DNA of 33,891 nt from positions 1-33,891 of the forward strand of contig NW_021831947.1 of the NCBI RefSeq assembly GCF_006345805.1. The letters are read 5' to 3'. This stretch comes from Octopus sinensis (taxonomy: Eukaryota). Made by a program: the position numbers and the translations under genes. The notes below the pieces were generated by a model. That model was not told the DNA's origin, searched no databases, and was given only the letters and a program-made list of their open reading frames with translations. This document shows positions 10,031 to 21,157 of this stretch, one piece after another. The stretch's first letter is position 1. Each line of letters starts with the position of its first letter.

Positions 10031-11240
10031 AATTATCTTTACAACTTCCACATTTCCAACTTCAGATTGTAAAGGGAATATAAGGACAACCAGCACACAC
10101 ATACAGCATATAAGCAGAAATACATACATACATTCATACCTACGTACAGAACACAGAAAAGTACATACATACATACATACACAAATATGGACGTGTACTA
10201 GTCGTCTCTAAATTATCTTTACAACTTTTACACTTCCAAACTTCAGATTGTAAAGGGAATATAAGGACAGTATATAAGCAGTAATACATACATACATGTA
10301 CACATACATTCATACCTACATACAGAACGCAGAAGGGTACATACATACATCATTGGACGTATACTAAGTGTCTCTATAATTATCTTTACAACTTTTACAC
10401 TTCCAAACTTCAGATTGTAAGGGAATATAAGGACAGAATATAGCAGTAATACATACATACATGTACACATACATTCATACCTACATACAGAACGCAGAAG
10501 GGTACATACATACATAAATTTGGACGTATACTAAGTGTCTCTAATTATCTTTACAACTTTTACACTTCCAAACTTCAGATTGTAAAGGGAATATAAGGAC
10601 AGTATATAAGCGTAATACTACATACATGTACACATACATTCATACCTACATACAGAACGCAGAAGGGTACATACATACATAAATTTGGACGTATACTAAG
10701 TGTCTCTAAATTATCTTTACAACTTTTACACTTCCAAACTTCAGATTGTAAAGGGAATATAAGGACAGAATATAAGCAGTAATACATACATACATGTACA
10801 CATACATTCATACCTACATACAGAACGCAGAAGGGTACATACATACACAAATATGGACGTGTACTAGTCGTCTCTAAATTATCTTTACAACTTTTACACT
10901 TCCAAACTTCAGATTGTAAAGGGAATATAAGGACAGAATATAAGCAGTAATACATACATACATGTACACATACATTCATACCTACATACAGAACGCAGAA
11001 GGGTACATACATACATAAATTTGGACGTATACTAAGTGTCTCTAAATTATCTTTACAACTTTTACACTTCCAAACTTCAGATTGTAAAGGGAATATAAGG
11101 ACAGTATATAAGCAGTAATACATACATACATGTACACATACATTCATACCTACATACAGAACGCAGAAGGGTACATACATACATAAATTTGGACGTCTCT
11201 AAATTATCTTTACAACTTTTACACTTTCAAACTTCAGATT
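10031..11240. repeat. ~165-168 bp tandem satellite, about 7 units plus degenerate units from ~9700
   Basis: AATTATCTTTACAACTT starts at about 10031, 10210, 10378, 10543, 10708, 10876, 11044 and 11201. Confidence 0.9.
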
Positions 11241-11399
11241 GTAAAGGCAATTTATGGACAACCAGTATACACACACACATATATATATATTTACATACAC
11301 ATAAAGCATGTTAGGATATATACATAGATACATACACACACACACGCATATATGACGAAAATGCTGCTGCTGATGACGACAAAGCATGTTTAATGCTGC

Positions 11400-11730
11400 A
11401 AGCAATGGAGCCGGAGGAAAGGGGAGGGTAGTTGCGGAATGGAACAGCGCGTACGTGAGTCTGAGGGAAGGAGGAGGAGGAGGAGGAGGCAGAGTGGAGG
11501 TATTGTGTCGGTGGGAGAAAGTTGGTGGTAGGAGGGTGGGAGGCTCTGATTGGGTGTTGCCTTAGCAACCGGTGTCAGAGTGACTGGGTCTGACAGTGAT
11601 TCATCGGAACAGAACGGAGCAGAACGGAGCGGCACGGTGCGGCCCGCGAGCAAAGATCAGTGGAAATCCCGAGAAGAAGAAGAGGTGGGGGTGGCGGAGT
11701 GTCGGGCTGTTGCGGGATACACGAGAGCCT
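11400..11730. promoter_or_regulatory. Unique GC/CpG-rich island with CCAAT box and RFX X-box (candidate promoter)
   Basis: CTGATTGG (reverse CCAATCAG) at 11546-11553. GTTGCC-TT-AGCAAC at 11556-11569 fits the X-box consensus GTNRCC(N0-3)RGYAAC. CpG-rich relative to the flanks. Confidence 0.55.
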
Positions 11731-11748
11731 CTTACGTTGACGTTCGAT

Positions 11749-12775
11749 CTGCTAGAAATAGCAGCCAAAATCTCCCTCAAATCACAACCTTCTCTCTTAT
11801 GTATGAGCCAATGAGCGAGACCTCTTCGTGGTAACTAGAACTGTTAAAAATAGCAGCCAAAATCTCCCTCAAATTACAACCTTCTCTCTTATGTATGAGC
11901 CAATGAGCGAGACCTCTACGTGGTAACTGGACCTGTTAAAAATAGCAGCCAAAAGTCTCTTTAATGACACGATCTGGTAGAAATAGCAGCCAAAATCTCC
12001 CTCAAATCACAACCTTATCTCTTACGTATGAGCCAATGAGCGAGACCTCTACGTGGTAACTAGACCTGTTAAAAATAGCAGCCAAACGTCTCTTTAATGA
12101 CACGATCTGGTAGAAATAGCAGCCAAAATCTCCCTCAAATCACAACCTTCTCTCTTATATATGAGCCAATGAGCGAGACCTCTACGTGGTAACTAGACCT
12201 GTTAAAAATAGCAGCCAAAATCTCCCTCAAATCACAACCTTCTCTCTTATGTATGAGCCAATGAGTGAGACCTCTACGTGGTAACTAGACCTGTTAAAAA
12301 TAGCAGCCAAACGTCTCTTTAATGACACGATCTGGCAGAAATAGCAGCCAAAATCTCCCTCAAATCACAACCTTCTCTCTTATGTATGAGCCAATGAGCG
12401 AGACCTCTACGTGGTAGCTAGCCGTGTTAAAAATAGCAGCCAAACGTCTCTTTAATGACACGATCTGGTAGAAATAGCAGCCAAAATCTCCCTCAAATCA
12501 CAACCTTCTCTCTTATGTATGAGCCAATGAGCGAGACCTCTACGTGGTAGCTAGCCGTGTTAAAAATAGCAGCCAAACGTCTCTTTAATGACACGATCTG
12601 GTAGAAATAGCAGCCAAAATCTCCCTCAAATCACAACCTTCTCTCTTATGTATGAGCCAATGAGCGAGACCTCTACGTGGTAACTAGCTGTGTTAAAAAC
12701 AGCAGCCAAACGTCTCTCTAATGACACGATCTGGTAGAAATAGCAGCCAAATCTCCCTCAAATCACACTGTACTG
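11749..12775. repeat. Compound tandem array of 92-bp (A) and 41-bp (B) subunits; diverged relatives continue to ~14000
   Basis: Both subunits begin AAATAGCAGCCAAA. The order is approximately AABABAABABABAB, then a diverged A. Confidence 0.9.
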
Positions 12776-13035
12776 TCTTGTTTGTATATCTTTTTATATG
12801 AGACAAAGTGAGCCTCTTATGCTATCGTTCGATCTGGTAGAAATAGTAGCTAAAATCCCTCAAATTACACTTAGATGCCTTGTGTATTATGTATGTATGT
12901 GTGTTATGGAGACCCCTATATGGTAAGCAGACCTGTTAAAAATAGAAGCCAAACGTCTCTTAAATCACACGTTCTGGCAGAAATAGCGGCCAAATCACCC
13001 TCAAATACACCCCCGGTGCCTCATGTTTGTATATA

Positions 13036-13251
13036 CTCTTTACTATATCTTTTACTTGTTTCAGTCATTTTGACTGCGGCCATGCTGGAGCACCGCCTTT
13101 TTAGTCGAGCAAATCGACCCCAGGACTTATTCTTTGTAAGCCTTGTACTTATTCTATCGGTCTCTTTTTGCCGAACCGCTATGTGACGGCGACGTAAACA
13201 CCCCAGCATCGGTTGTCAAGCAATGCTAGGGGGACAAACACAGACACACAA

Positions 13252-13314
<63 letters not shown>

Positions 13315-13478
13315 TACGACGGGCTTCTTTCAGTTTCCGTCTATCAAATCCACTCACAAGGCTTTGGTCGGCCCGGGGCTATAGCAGAAGACACTTGCCC
13401 AAGATGCCACGCAGTGGGACTGAACCCGGAACCATGTGGTTGGTTACCAAGCTACTTACCACACAGCCACTCCTGCGC
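13036..13478 (-). mobile_element. SINE family A, full length, inserted in the diverged array
   Basis: Family A similarity. Possible TSD TTTGTATAT at 13026-13034 and 13480-13488. Confidence 0.85.
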
Positions 13479-14358
13479 TTTTGTATATGTTGTCGATCGA
13501 TCTGGTAGAAATAGCAGCCAAATCTCCCTCAGATGACAACTTTTTGTCTTATGTACATGTGTTTATATATATATCTGAGCCAATGAGCGAAACCTCTACG
13601 TGGTAACTAGAGCCGGTAGAAATAGTAGCCAAATGTCTCTGAAATCACACGGTCTGGTGGAAATAGCAGCCAAATCTCCCTCAAATCACCCGTACTGCCT
13701 TATGTTTGTATATATGTATCTAAGAGGCAAGCTGACGCAATGAATCGCTCTGCGAGTCTTCTGATTTTCTAGAAATAGCAGCCAAATCTCCTTCAAACCA
13801 CAACCTGCTGTCTTTCGTATATACATATGCATGTATGAGCCAGTGAGAGAGAGAGACTTCTCTACATGGTAGCTAGACCTGTTAGAAATAGCAGCTAAAT
13901 GTCTCTTAAATCACACCCTTCTGTCTTATGTTTGTAAATACAAATGAACAAACGCGGGTCACTTCTACATGGTTGCTAGACCGGCTAGAAATAGCAGCCA
14001 AGAGACACGTGCGCGTGGGATTATAAATTACATGCATTTATAACGTGCTCCATATGTGGTTTGGGGCTATGTTCACACACCCACACACCCTATTCCTTTT
14101 GACTGAGGCCATGCTGGAGCACCACCTTAAAGGGTTTATTAAGTCAAAGAAATCGACCCCGAGACTTATTCTTTGTAAGCCTAGTACTTATTTTATCGGT
14201 TCCGAGGCGAACCGCTAAGTTACGGGAGCATAAACACACCAACATCGGTTGTCAAGCGATGGCAAGGGACAAACAGACATGTACACACAAATATATACGC
14301 GGTGCTCCAGCATGGCCACAGTCAAATGGTTGAAAGAAGTAAAAGAAATAAAAGATGA

Positions 14359-14722
14359 CTGTGTGGTCAGTAGCTTGCTTACTAACCACATGGTTCCGGG
14401 TTCAGTCCCACTGCGTGGCACCTTGGGCAAGTGTCTTCTGCTATAGCCTCGGGCCGACCAAAGCCTTGTGAGTGGATTTGGTAGACGGAAACTGAAAGAA
14501 GCCCGTCATATATGTGTGTGTGTGTGTCTGAGCTTGTGCCCCCCTCCCCAATCACTGCTTGACAACTGGTGTTGGTGTGTTTACGTCCCTTAACCTAGCG
14601 GTTCAGCAAAAGAAACCGATAGAATAAGTCCTGGGGTGGTCAATTTGTTCGATTAAGACTGTTCAAGGTGTTGCTCCAGCATGGCTGCAGTCAAATAACT
14701 GAAACAAGTAAAAAAATAAATA
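14359..14722 (+). mobile_element. SINE family A (further fragments at ~14100-14345)
   Basis: Family A similarity. Confidence 0.75.
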
Positions 14723-14872
14723 AAAGAATATATGTCTGCATGTATTTGGTATGCAAGATTCTTAATGTGAATTCGTGTGTTGAAGCATATTTTATTGTGT
14801 CTGGGGAGGGTCATTCTGTTTTAGAGCCTTATTAATTAACACACACACTGATTCGATTTCCACTCATTTACT

Positions 14873-15268
14873 TACTCTTTACTCTTTTACTTGTTTCAGT
14901 CAGTTGACTGCGGCCATGCTGGAGCACTGCCTTTAGTCGAGCAAATCAACCATGGGAGTTATTCTTTGTAAGCCCAGTACTTATTCTATCGGTCTCTTTT
15001 GCCGAACTGCTAAGTGACGGGGACAAACACACCAGCATCGGTTGTCAAGCAATGCTAGGGGGACAAACACAGACACACAAACACACACATATATATACAT
15101 ATATACGACGGGCTCCTTTCAGTTTCCGTCTACCAAATCCACTCACAAGGCTTTGGTCGGCCCGAGGCTATAGCAGAAGACACTTGCCCAAGATGCCACG
15201 CAGTGGGACTGAACCCGGAACCATGTGGTTGGTTAGCAAGCTACTTACCACACAGCCACTCCTGCACC
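14873..15268 (-). mobile_element. SINE family A, full length
   Basis: Family A similarity. Confidence 0.85.
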
Positions 15269-15351
15269 TTAATCATTTAAAAAAAAAATTTTTGTTGCTT
15301 CTCGCAATCTTTTCAAGTCTTTGACTCTGTCTGTTCCATATATATATATAT

Positions 15352-15972
15352 ATTGAGGGAACCTGTGGAAGAGGTAGACCCAGGAAAACCTGGGAGGAGG
15401 TGGTGAAGCACGACCTTCAAACTTTAGGTCTCACCGAGGAAATTACTGGAGACCGAGACCTATGGAAGTATGCTGTGCGTGAGAAGACCAGACAGTACAA
15501 GTGAGACCATAACCCATGGCCTCTACCTGGGATGTAGCCAGTCCACATATGCATACCTTTTCTTCTTGGGACACAAAACTCTACTTGTGAAGACCTGTTG
15601 AGGCAAGTGAGAATCAGAATCAAAATCGATCAACATCAATGGAAATTGTAGCTGTGATACCAGTGCCGGTGGCATGTATGCGAACCATCCGAACGTGGTC
15701 GTTGCCAGCGCCTCCCCGACTGACCTCTGTGCCGGTGACATGTAAAAAGCACCATCCGATCGTGGCCGTTGCCAGCCTCACCTGGCCTCCGTGTCAGTGG
15801 CACGTAAAAAGCACCCACTACACTCATGGAGTGGTTGGCGTTAGGAAGGGCATCCAGCTGTAGAAACACTGCCAAATCTGACTGGCCTGGTGCAGCCTAC
15901 TGGCTTCCCAGATCCCAGTTGAACCGTCCAACCCATGCTAACATGGAAAATGGACGTTAAACAATGAATATG
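15352..15972 (+). mobile_element. RTE-clade LINE 3' end with 3' UTR
   Basis: Encodes EGTCGRGRPRKTWEEVVKHDL...DRDLWKYAV...*, the RTE C-terminal RGRPR-W-D...DR-W motif, followed by a ~460-bp UTR. Confidence 0.75.
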
Positions 15973-16064
15973 ATATATATATATACATAGTTAATCCAAA
16001 CATGAAAGCACAAAAAAACAAATATAGTATTATTGGACGCTCAGGAAGGAAGGAAAGAAGGAGG

Positions 16065-16099
16065 GTTTAACGTTTCGAGTGGAGCTCTTCGTCGGAAAC
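16065..16099 (-). ncRNA. Variant minimal hammerhead motif (CCGACGA core) in a PLE fragment (~15985-16170)
   Basis: Minus strand GUUU-CCGACGA-AGAG CUCCA CUC-GAAAC-GU-U-AAAC: stem I GUUU/AAAC, stem II GAG/CUC, loopless palindromic stem III ACGU. U4-to-C core change and a GUU triplet. Confidence 0.55.
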
Positions 16100-16170
16100 A
16101 TAGGAGAAGGAAAGATCCAGAGAAGGGAAGACAGAGGAAAAAAAATCGCCAATGGTACACACGCAGTTAC

Positions 16171-16234
<64 letters not shown>

Positions 16235-16289
16235 ATATATATGTGTATATATATATATATATAATATATATATATAATATATATATGTG

Positions 16290-16324
<35 letters not shown>

Positions 16325-16452
16325 AAGGACACAGGAAATGTGTCAAGGCCGACAGGAAGCGTCGATGCTTCCTAGGGCTAAACAGCAGTGGTGTAATTCC
16401 CTTACAGGACTGTCACATTGAGTTGACAGTATACGACCACTGTATATATGTA

Positions 16453-16828
16453 CTTTTACTTGTTCCAGTCATTTGACAGTGGCCATGCTGGAGCACTGTC
16501 TTTTAGTTGAACAAATCGACCCCAGAAGTTATTCTTTGTAAGTCTAGTACTTATTCTATCAGTTTCTTTTGCCGAACTGCTATGTTACGGGGACGTAAAC
16601 ACACCAACATCAGTCATCAAGTGATGGTGAGGGGACAAACACTGACACACAGACATATACACACACATTCGACAGGCTTCTTTCAGTTTCCATCTACCAA
16701 ATCCACTGACAAGGCTTTTGCTGGCCCAAGGCTATAGTAGAAGACACTTGCCCAAGGTGCTGCACCATGGGACTGAACCCGGAACCATGTGGTTGGTAAG
16801 CAAGCTTCTTACCACAGCCACGCCTGTG
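16453..16828 (-). mobile_element. SINE family A
   Basis: Family A similarity. Confidence 0.75.
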
Positions 16829-17349
16829 CCTATGTATACATATATGTGTGTGTGTGTGTGTGTGTGTGTTTGTCCTGGTTTTGTTGTGTTTACGTCCCCA
16901 TAACATAGGGGTTCAGCAAACCCGAAAATACCAAGTTAAAAGTTCTTCAAGGTGGTGCTCCAGCATGGCCACAGCCTAATGACTGAAAAAAATGTAAATG
17001 ACAAAAGGATATATATTCCGGCTCTTTGCGTTTCGGTTTCAAATCCTACTGACCTTAACTCCAACATTTTATCTTTCGGGGTTGATAAAACATAATAACA
17101 GTGAATTCACTAACCCCCTCAAAATTCCTGACCTCGTTCCCTAGATTAAGGGCCAATATTGGTTCCAACCTTTGGCGCAGGGCCAAAAGTAATTTCAGAG
17201 GAGGGGGTAAGTCAAGTGCATATCGACCCCAGTATTTCATTGGTACTTAATTTTATCGCCCCCCCCCCCCCGCCCCCGAAAGAATGAAAAGCAAAGTTGA
17301 CCTGCTAAGCATTTCACCTAGTGTGCTAACAGCCCTGCCAGCTCACCGC

Positions 17350-17394
<45 letters not shown>

Positions 17395-17719
17395 TAGCCA
17401 TGTGCTGAGAGGGATTCTTAGATGTTTGGATAATTCACCTTTGGAAACATGGGTGTTTCGTTCAACATCCTTAAACAACCCTTAATCAGGGACCTTTTGA
17501 GCGGGATGGGGTTACTCGACCAGAAGAAAATTCTAACTGGGCCCCACCTGCAAGGTCATGTGCTGTTTATCTTGATGTGAGATCACCATGTCGCGCACAT
17601 ATGGTTGTGATGCATGTGCCTGGTGTACCCTTATCAGGCGGGTAGTCACGATGGGTATATTGGACTTCGTATAATTGTACCCCAGTGTCACTTTAATGGC
17701 ATGCACTGCTCTCTCATTC

Positions 17720-17759
<40 letters not shown>

Positions 17760-18340
17760 TGCCCTGATGCAGTACCAGGCGGTGGCTCTCATGGCTTCTG
17801 ATCTTAACTGATTGGAAGTGTTATCATGTACATCGTTTTGTCTTGGTATAAAAGATGGGCTACAGCAAATATTCTGCTCAATACCACAGATTTGCTTGTC
17901 AGTTGTTTGACCTTAACCAGTTGAGCATGTCCCTTGGTGGCTGACGATATGTGCATCTCTGATCATGAGCGGAAGTAGTGGGGGAGCATCATAGCCATGT
18001 GTTGAGAGGGATTCTTTGGGGTTTGAATAATTCACCTTTGGAAACATGGGTGTTTCGTTCAACATCCTTAAACAACCCTTAATCAGAGACCTTTTGAGCG
18101 GGATGGGCTACTCGAACTGAAGAAAATTCTAACTGGGCCCCACCTGCAAGGTCATGTGCTGTTTATCTTGATATGAGATCACCATTTCGCGCACATATGG
18201 TTGTGATGCATGTGCCTGGTGTACCCTTACCAGATGGGTAGTCATGATGGGTATACTGGGTTTCGTATATTTTACCCCAGTGTCACTTTGATGGCATGAA
18301 CTGCTCTCTCATTCAATAATAATAATAATAATAATAATAA
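17395..18340 (+). mobile_element. Two head-to-tail copies of a retroposon 3' end with (AAT)n tails (~17395-17755 and ~17759-18340)
   Basis: 17395-17720 is repeated at ~17990-18315. Each copy ends CTCTCTCATTC(AAT)n. Confidence 0.7.
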
Positions 18341-18476
18341 TCCTTTCTACTATAGGTAGAAAGCCTGAAAATTGGGGGAGAGGGATAGTCGATTATACTG
18401 ACCTCAATATTCAACTGGTACTTAATTTACATTATTTACATTTGACAGATTTTTGTCCTCATCTTGTTTGTTGTTA

Positions 18477-18520
18477 ACACAACGTTTCGGCTGATATACC
18501 CTCCAGCCTTCATCAGGTGT
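18477..18520 (-). ncRNA. Minimal type I hammerhead motif
   Basis: ACAC-CUGAUGA-A-GGCUG GAGGGUAUAU CAGCC-GAAAC-GU-U-GUGU: stem I ACAC/GUGU, 5-bp stem II, palindromic ACGU stem III. Confidence 0.75.
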
Positions 18521-18810
18521 CTTGGGGAAATTTCAAACCTGGGTTCTCATTCCTAAGGTATTTTTCAACGTCTACTGGTATCGTTATATTCAAGCCAGGT
18601 GGTATTAGCTTTGAGTCTCTACATCTACAAAGCAAAGTTAGATGGTTTGAAAGACGAGCTAGTTTTTGATGGAGTTTCTCTATATGTCTCCATTGAAGTC
18701 TAATGTCAGCTCCGTACCAATTAGATAGTACAGTTCTATATTTGAGAGATGAGGAATTATGTACATTATTTACATTTGATGGATATTTCTCCTCATCTTG
18801 TTTGTTGTTA

Positions 18811-18854
18811 ACACAACGTTTCGGCTGATATACCCTCCAGCCTTCTTCAGGTGT
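18811..18854 (-). ncRNA. Minimal type I hammerhead motif (CUGAAGA core), tandem partner 334 bp away
   Basis: Same structure as 18477-18520, with A at the variable position 7. Confidence 0.75.
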
Positions 18855-19325
18855 CTTGAGGAAATCTCGGACCATGGTTCTCATTCCTAAGGTATTAGCT
18901 TTGAGTCTTTACATCTACAAAGGAAAGTTAGATGGTTTGAAAGACGAGTGAGTTTTTGATGGAGTTTCTCTATATGTCTCCATTGAAGTCTAATGTCGGC
19001 TCCGTACCAATTAGAGAGTACAGTTCTATATTTAAGAGATGAGGAATTATGTACATTGTTTACATTTGATGGATATTTGTCCTAATCAAATGTAAATAAT
19101 GTAAATAGTTCCTCATCTCTTAAATATAGAACTGGTACTAAATTTATTGACCCCAAAAGGATGAAAGGCAAAGTTGACCTTGGGAGAATTTGTAAAGGAC
19201 CATGCGATAAGAGATAACAAGAGCTGATTTTGGATAATACATGGTCCATATAATATTTGTAAGATTGACCGTGACAAGTGTCTAGGGAGAAAAGAGTGAG
19301 ACACAACAGCGTAGATGCTTATGTA

Positions 19326-19567
19326 AGATTTATTTCTTTCTTTATTGCCCACAGAGGGGGCTAAACGTGGTGGGGACAAACAAGAACAATCAAAGGATTA
19401 AGTCCATTACATCGGCACCAGTGCATGACTGGTACTTATTTAATCAACCCCCAAAAGATGAAGGGCTAAGTCGACCTCAGTGGAAATTGAACTCAGAACA
19501 TAACGGCAGACGAAATACCGCTGAGCGTTTTGCTCAACATGCTAACGTTTCTGCCCGCTCGGCCGCC
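19326..19567 (-). mobile_element. SINE family B (diverged)
   Basis: Reverse complement of 19718-19951. Confidence 0.75.
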
Positions 19568-19717
19568 TTAAGGCTTATGAAAGATTTATTGATATGTGTG
19601 TGTGTGTGTGTGTGTGAGCATAGGTGTATGCGTGCGCATCGTATCATCATCATCATCATCATCATCATCGTTTAATGTCTGCTTACCATGCTGGCATCGG
19701 TTGGATGGTTTGACTGA

Positions 19718-19951
19718 GGCATCAAGCTGGCAGAATCGTTAGCATGCCGGGCGAAATGCTTAGCAGTATTTCGCCTGCCGTTACGTTCTGAGTTCAAATT
19801 CCGCCTAGGTCGACTTTGCCTTTCATCCTTTCGGGGTCGATTAAATAAGTACCAGTTACGCACTGGGGTCGATATAATAGACTTAATCCGTTTGTCTGTC
19901 CTTGTTTGTCCTCTCTGTGTTTAGCCCCTTGTGGGTTGTAAAGAAATAGGT
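19718..19951 (+). mobile_element. tRNA-derived SINE family B
   Basis: Head AGCTGGCAGAATCGTTAG, B-box GAGTTCAAATTCC, central TTTCATCCTTTCGGGGTCGAT domain and TAAAGAAAT tail. Confidence 0.8.
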
Positions 19952-20439
19952 TTGACTGAAGACTGGTGAGCCAGATGGCTGCACCAGTCTGTGTGGATTT
20001 TAGTAATGTTCCTTTAGTTACTGCTTGCATTGCCTCTGCTCAGATTAAGAAGTGGAATATTGCTCATTTGGAGCACTACAACTCCAGTCTGTTTTTTATT
20101 CGGAGGATTGTTATTACTAGCGATCTCAAGATATAATTGTGTATTTTGTATTTTATATACATATCATCATCATCATCATCGTTTAGTGTCCGCTTTCCAT
20201 GCTAGCATGGGTTGGACGGTTCAACTGGGGTCTGGGAAGCCAGGAGGCTGCACCAGGCCCAGTCTGATCTGGCAATGTTTCTACTGCTGGATGCCCTTCC
20301 TAACGCCAACCACTCCGAGAGTGTAGTGGGTACTTTTACATGCTACCAGCACGAGGGCCAGTCAGGCAGTACAGGCGATGGCCATGCTCAAATGGTGTTT
20401 TTCATGTGCCACCTGCACAGGAGCCAGTCCAGCGCCTCA

Positions 20440-21155
20440 TTGCAAAGAAAGAAAAAATGGTAAGCTACGACCAAAGAATGAATGGATACCAGCAGAATAG
20501 GTTATTCAGAGTAGATCTGAAGAGTTTGACATGTCACAGTCAATCTTACAAATATTATACGGACCTTGTATTGTCCAAAATCAGCTCTTGTTATCTCGCA
20601 TCGCATGGTCCTTTACAAATTCTCCCAAGGTCAACTTTGCCATTCATCCTTTCGGGGTCAATAAATTAAGTACCAGTTCTATATTTAAGAGTTGAGGAAC
20701 TATTTACATTGTTTACATTTGATTAGGACAAATATCCATCAAATGTAAATAATGTACATAATTCCTCATCTCTTAAATGGAGAGTGTACAGAGGAAAAGT
20801 TGATACCAGATAACATTGAAAGTCAAAGGTTTTGAAATGACATCTGGAGCAAAGACAAGGAGCACAGATGACATTGAAAGTCAAAGGTTTTGGAGTGACA
20901 TCTGGAGTAAAGACAAGGAGCACAAGAAGGATGCTGAATGGTTGCTAGGACCGGAAACAATCAGTAGTCTGCCCCAAACAGGCAGAACTAGTCATTTCAG
21001 TTAGGTAAGTGAAGGAAATCAGCAAAAAAATGGGCAACTGGAAGGCCCCGGGACCAGATGGAGTTCAAGGCTACTGGATCAAAAGATCTGGTGAATGTTA
21101 TGCACAAAGAGCTGAGCAAATCAACACCTTGTTGAATGCCGACCAAGTAACCTGG
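20440..21155 (+). mobile_element. Fragmented R4/Dong-like (RLE-type) non-LTR retrotransposon, interrupted at ~20530-20780
   Basis: Peptides SYDQRMNGYQQNRLFRVD, SQRFWSDIWSKDKEHKKDAEWL and KKMGNWKAPGPDGVQGYWIK. Confidence 0.65.
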
Positions 21156-21157
21156 AT

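Larger units (their letters stand above)
18429..19135 (-). mobile_element. Tandem PLE pseudo-LTR/ORF-start units (334 bp, 290 bp, partial third) ending in a fold-back
   Basis: ACATT(A/G)TTTACATTTGA starts units at ~18429, 18763 and 19053. The minus strand encodes KLHQKLARLSNHLTLLCRCRDSKLIPPGL, resembling a Penelope/Poseidon N-terminus. Unit 2 lost 44 bp between GGTATT microhomologies. Confidence 0.75.

Noticed and set aside
11749-12775. Repeat-spacer or CRISPR-like reading of the tandem arrays
   Set aside because: The intervening segments are themselves repeated, there are no unique spacers, and the context is eukaryotic.
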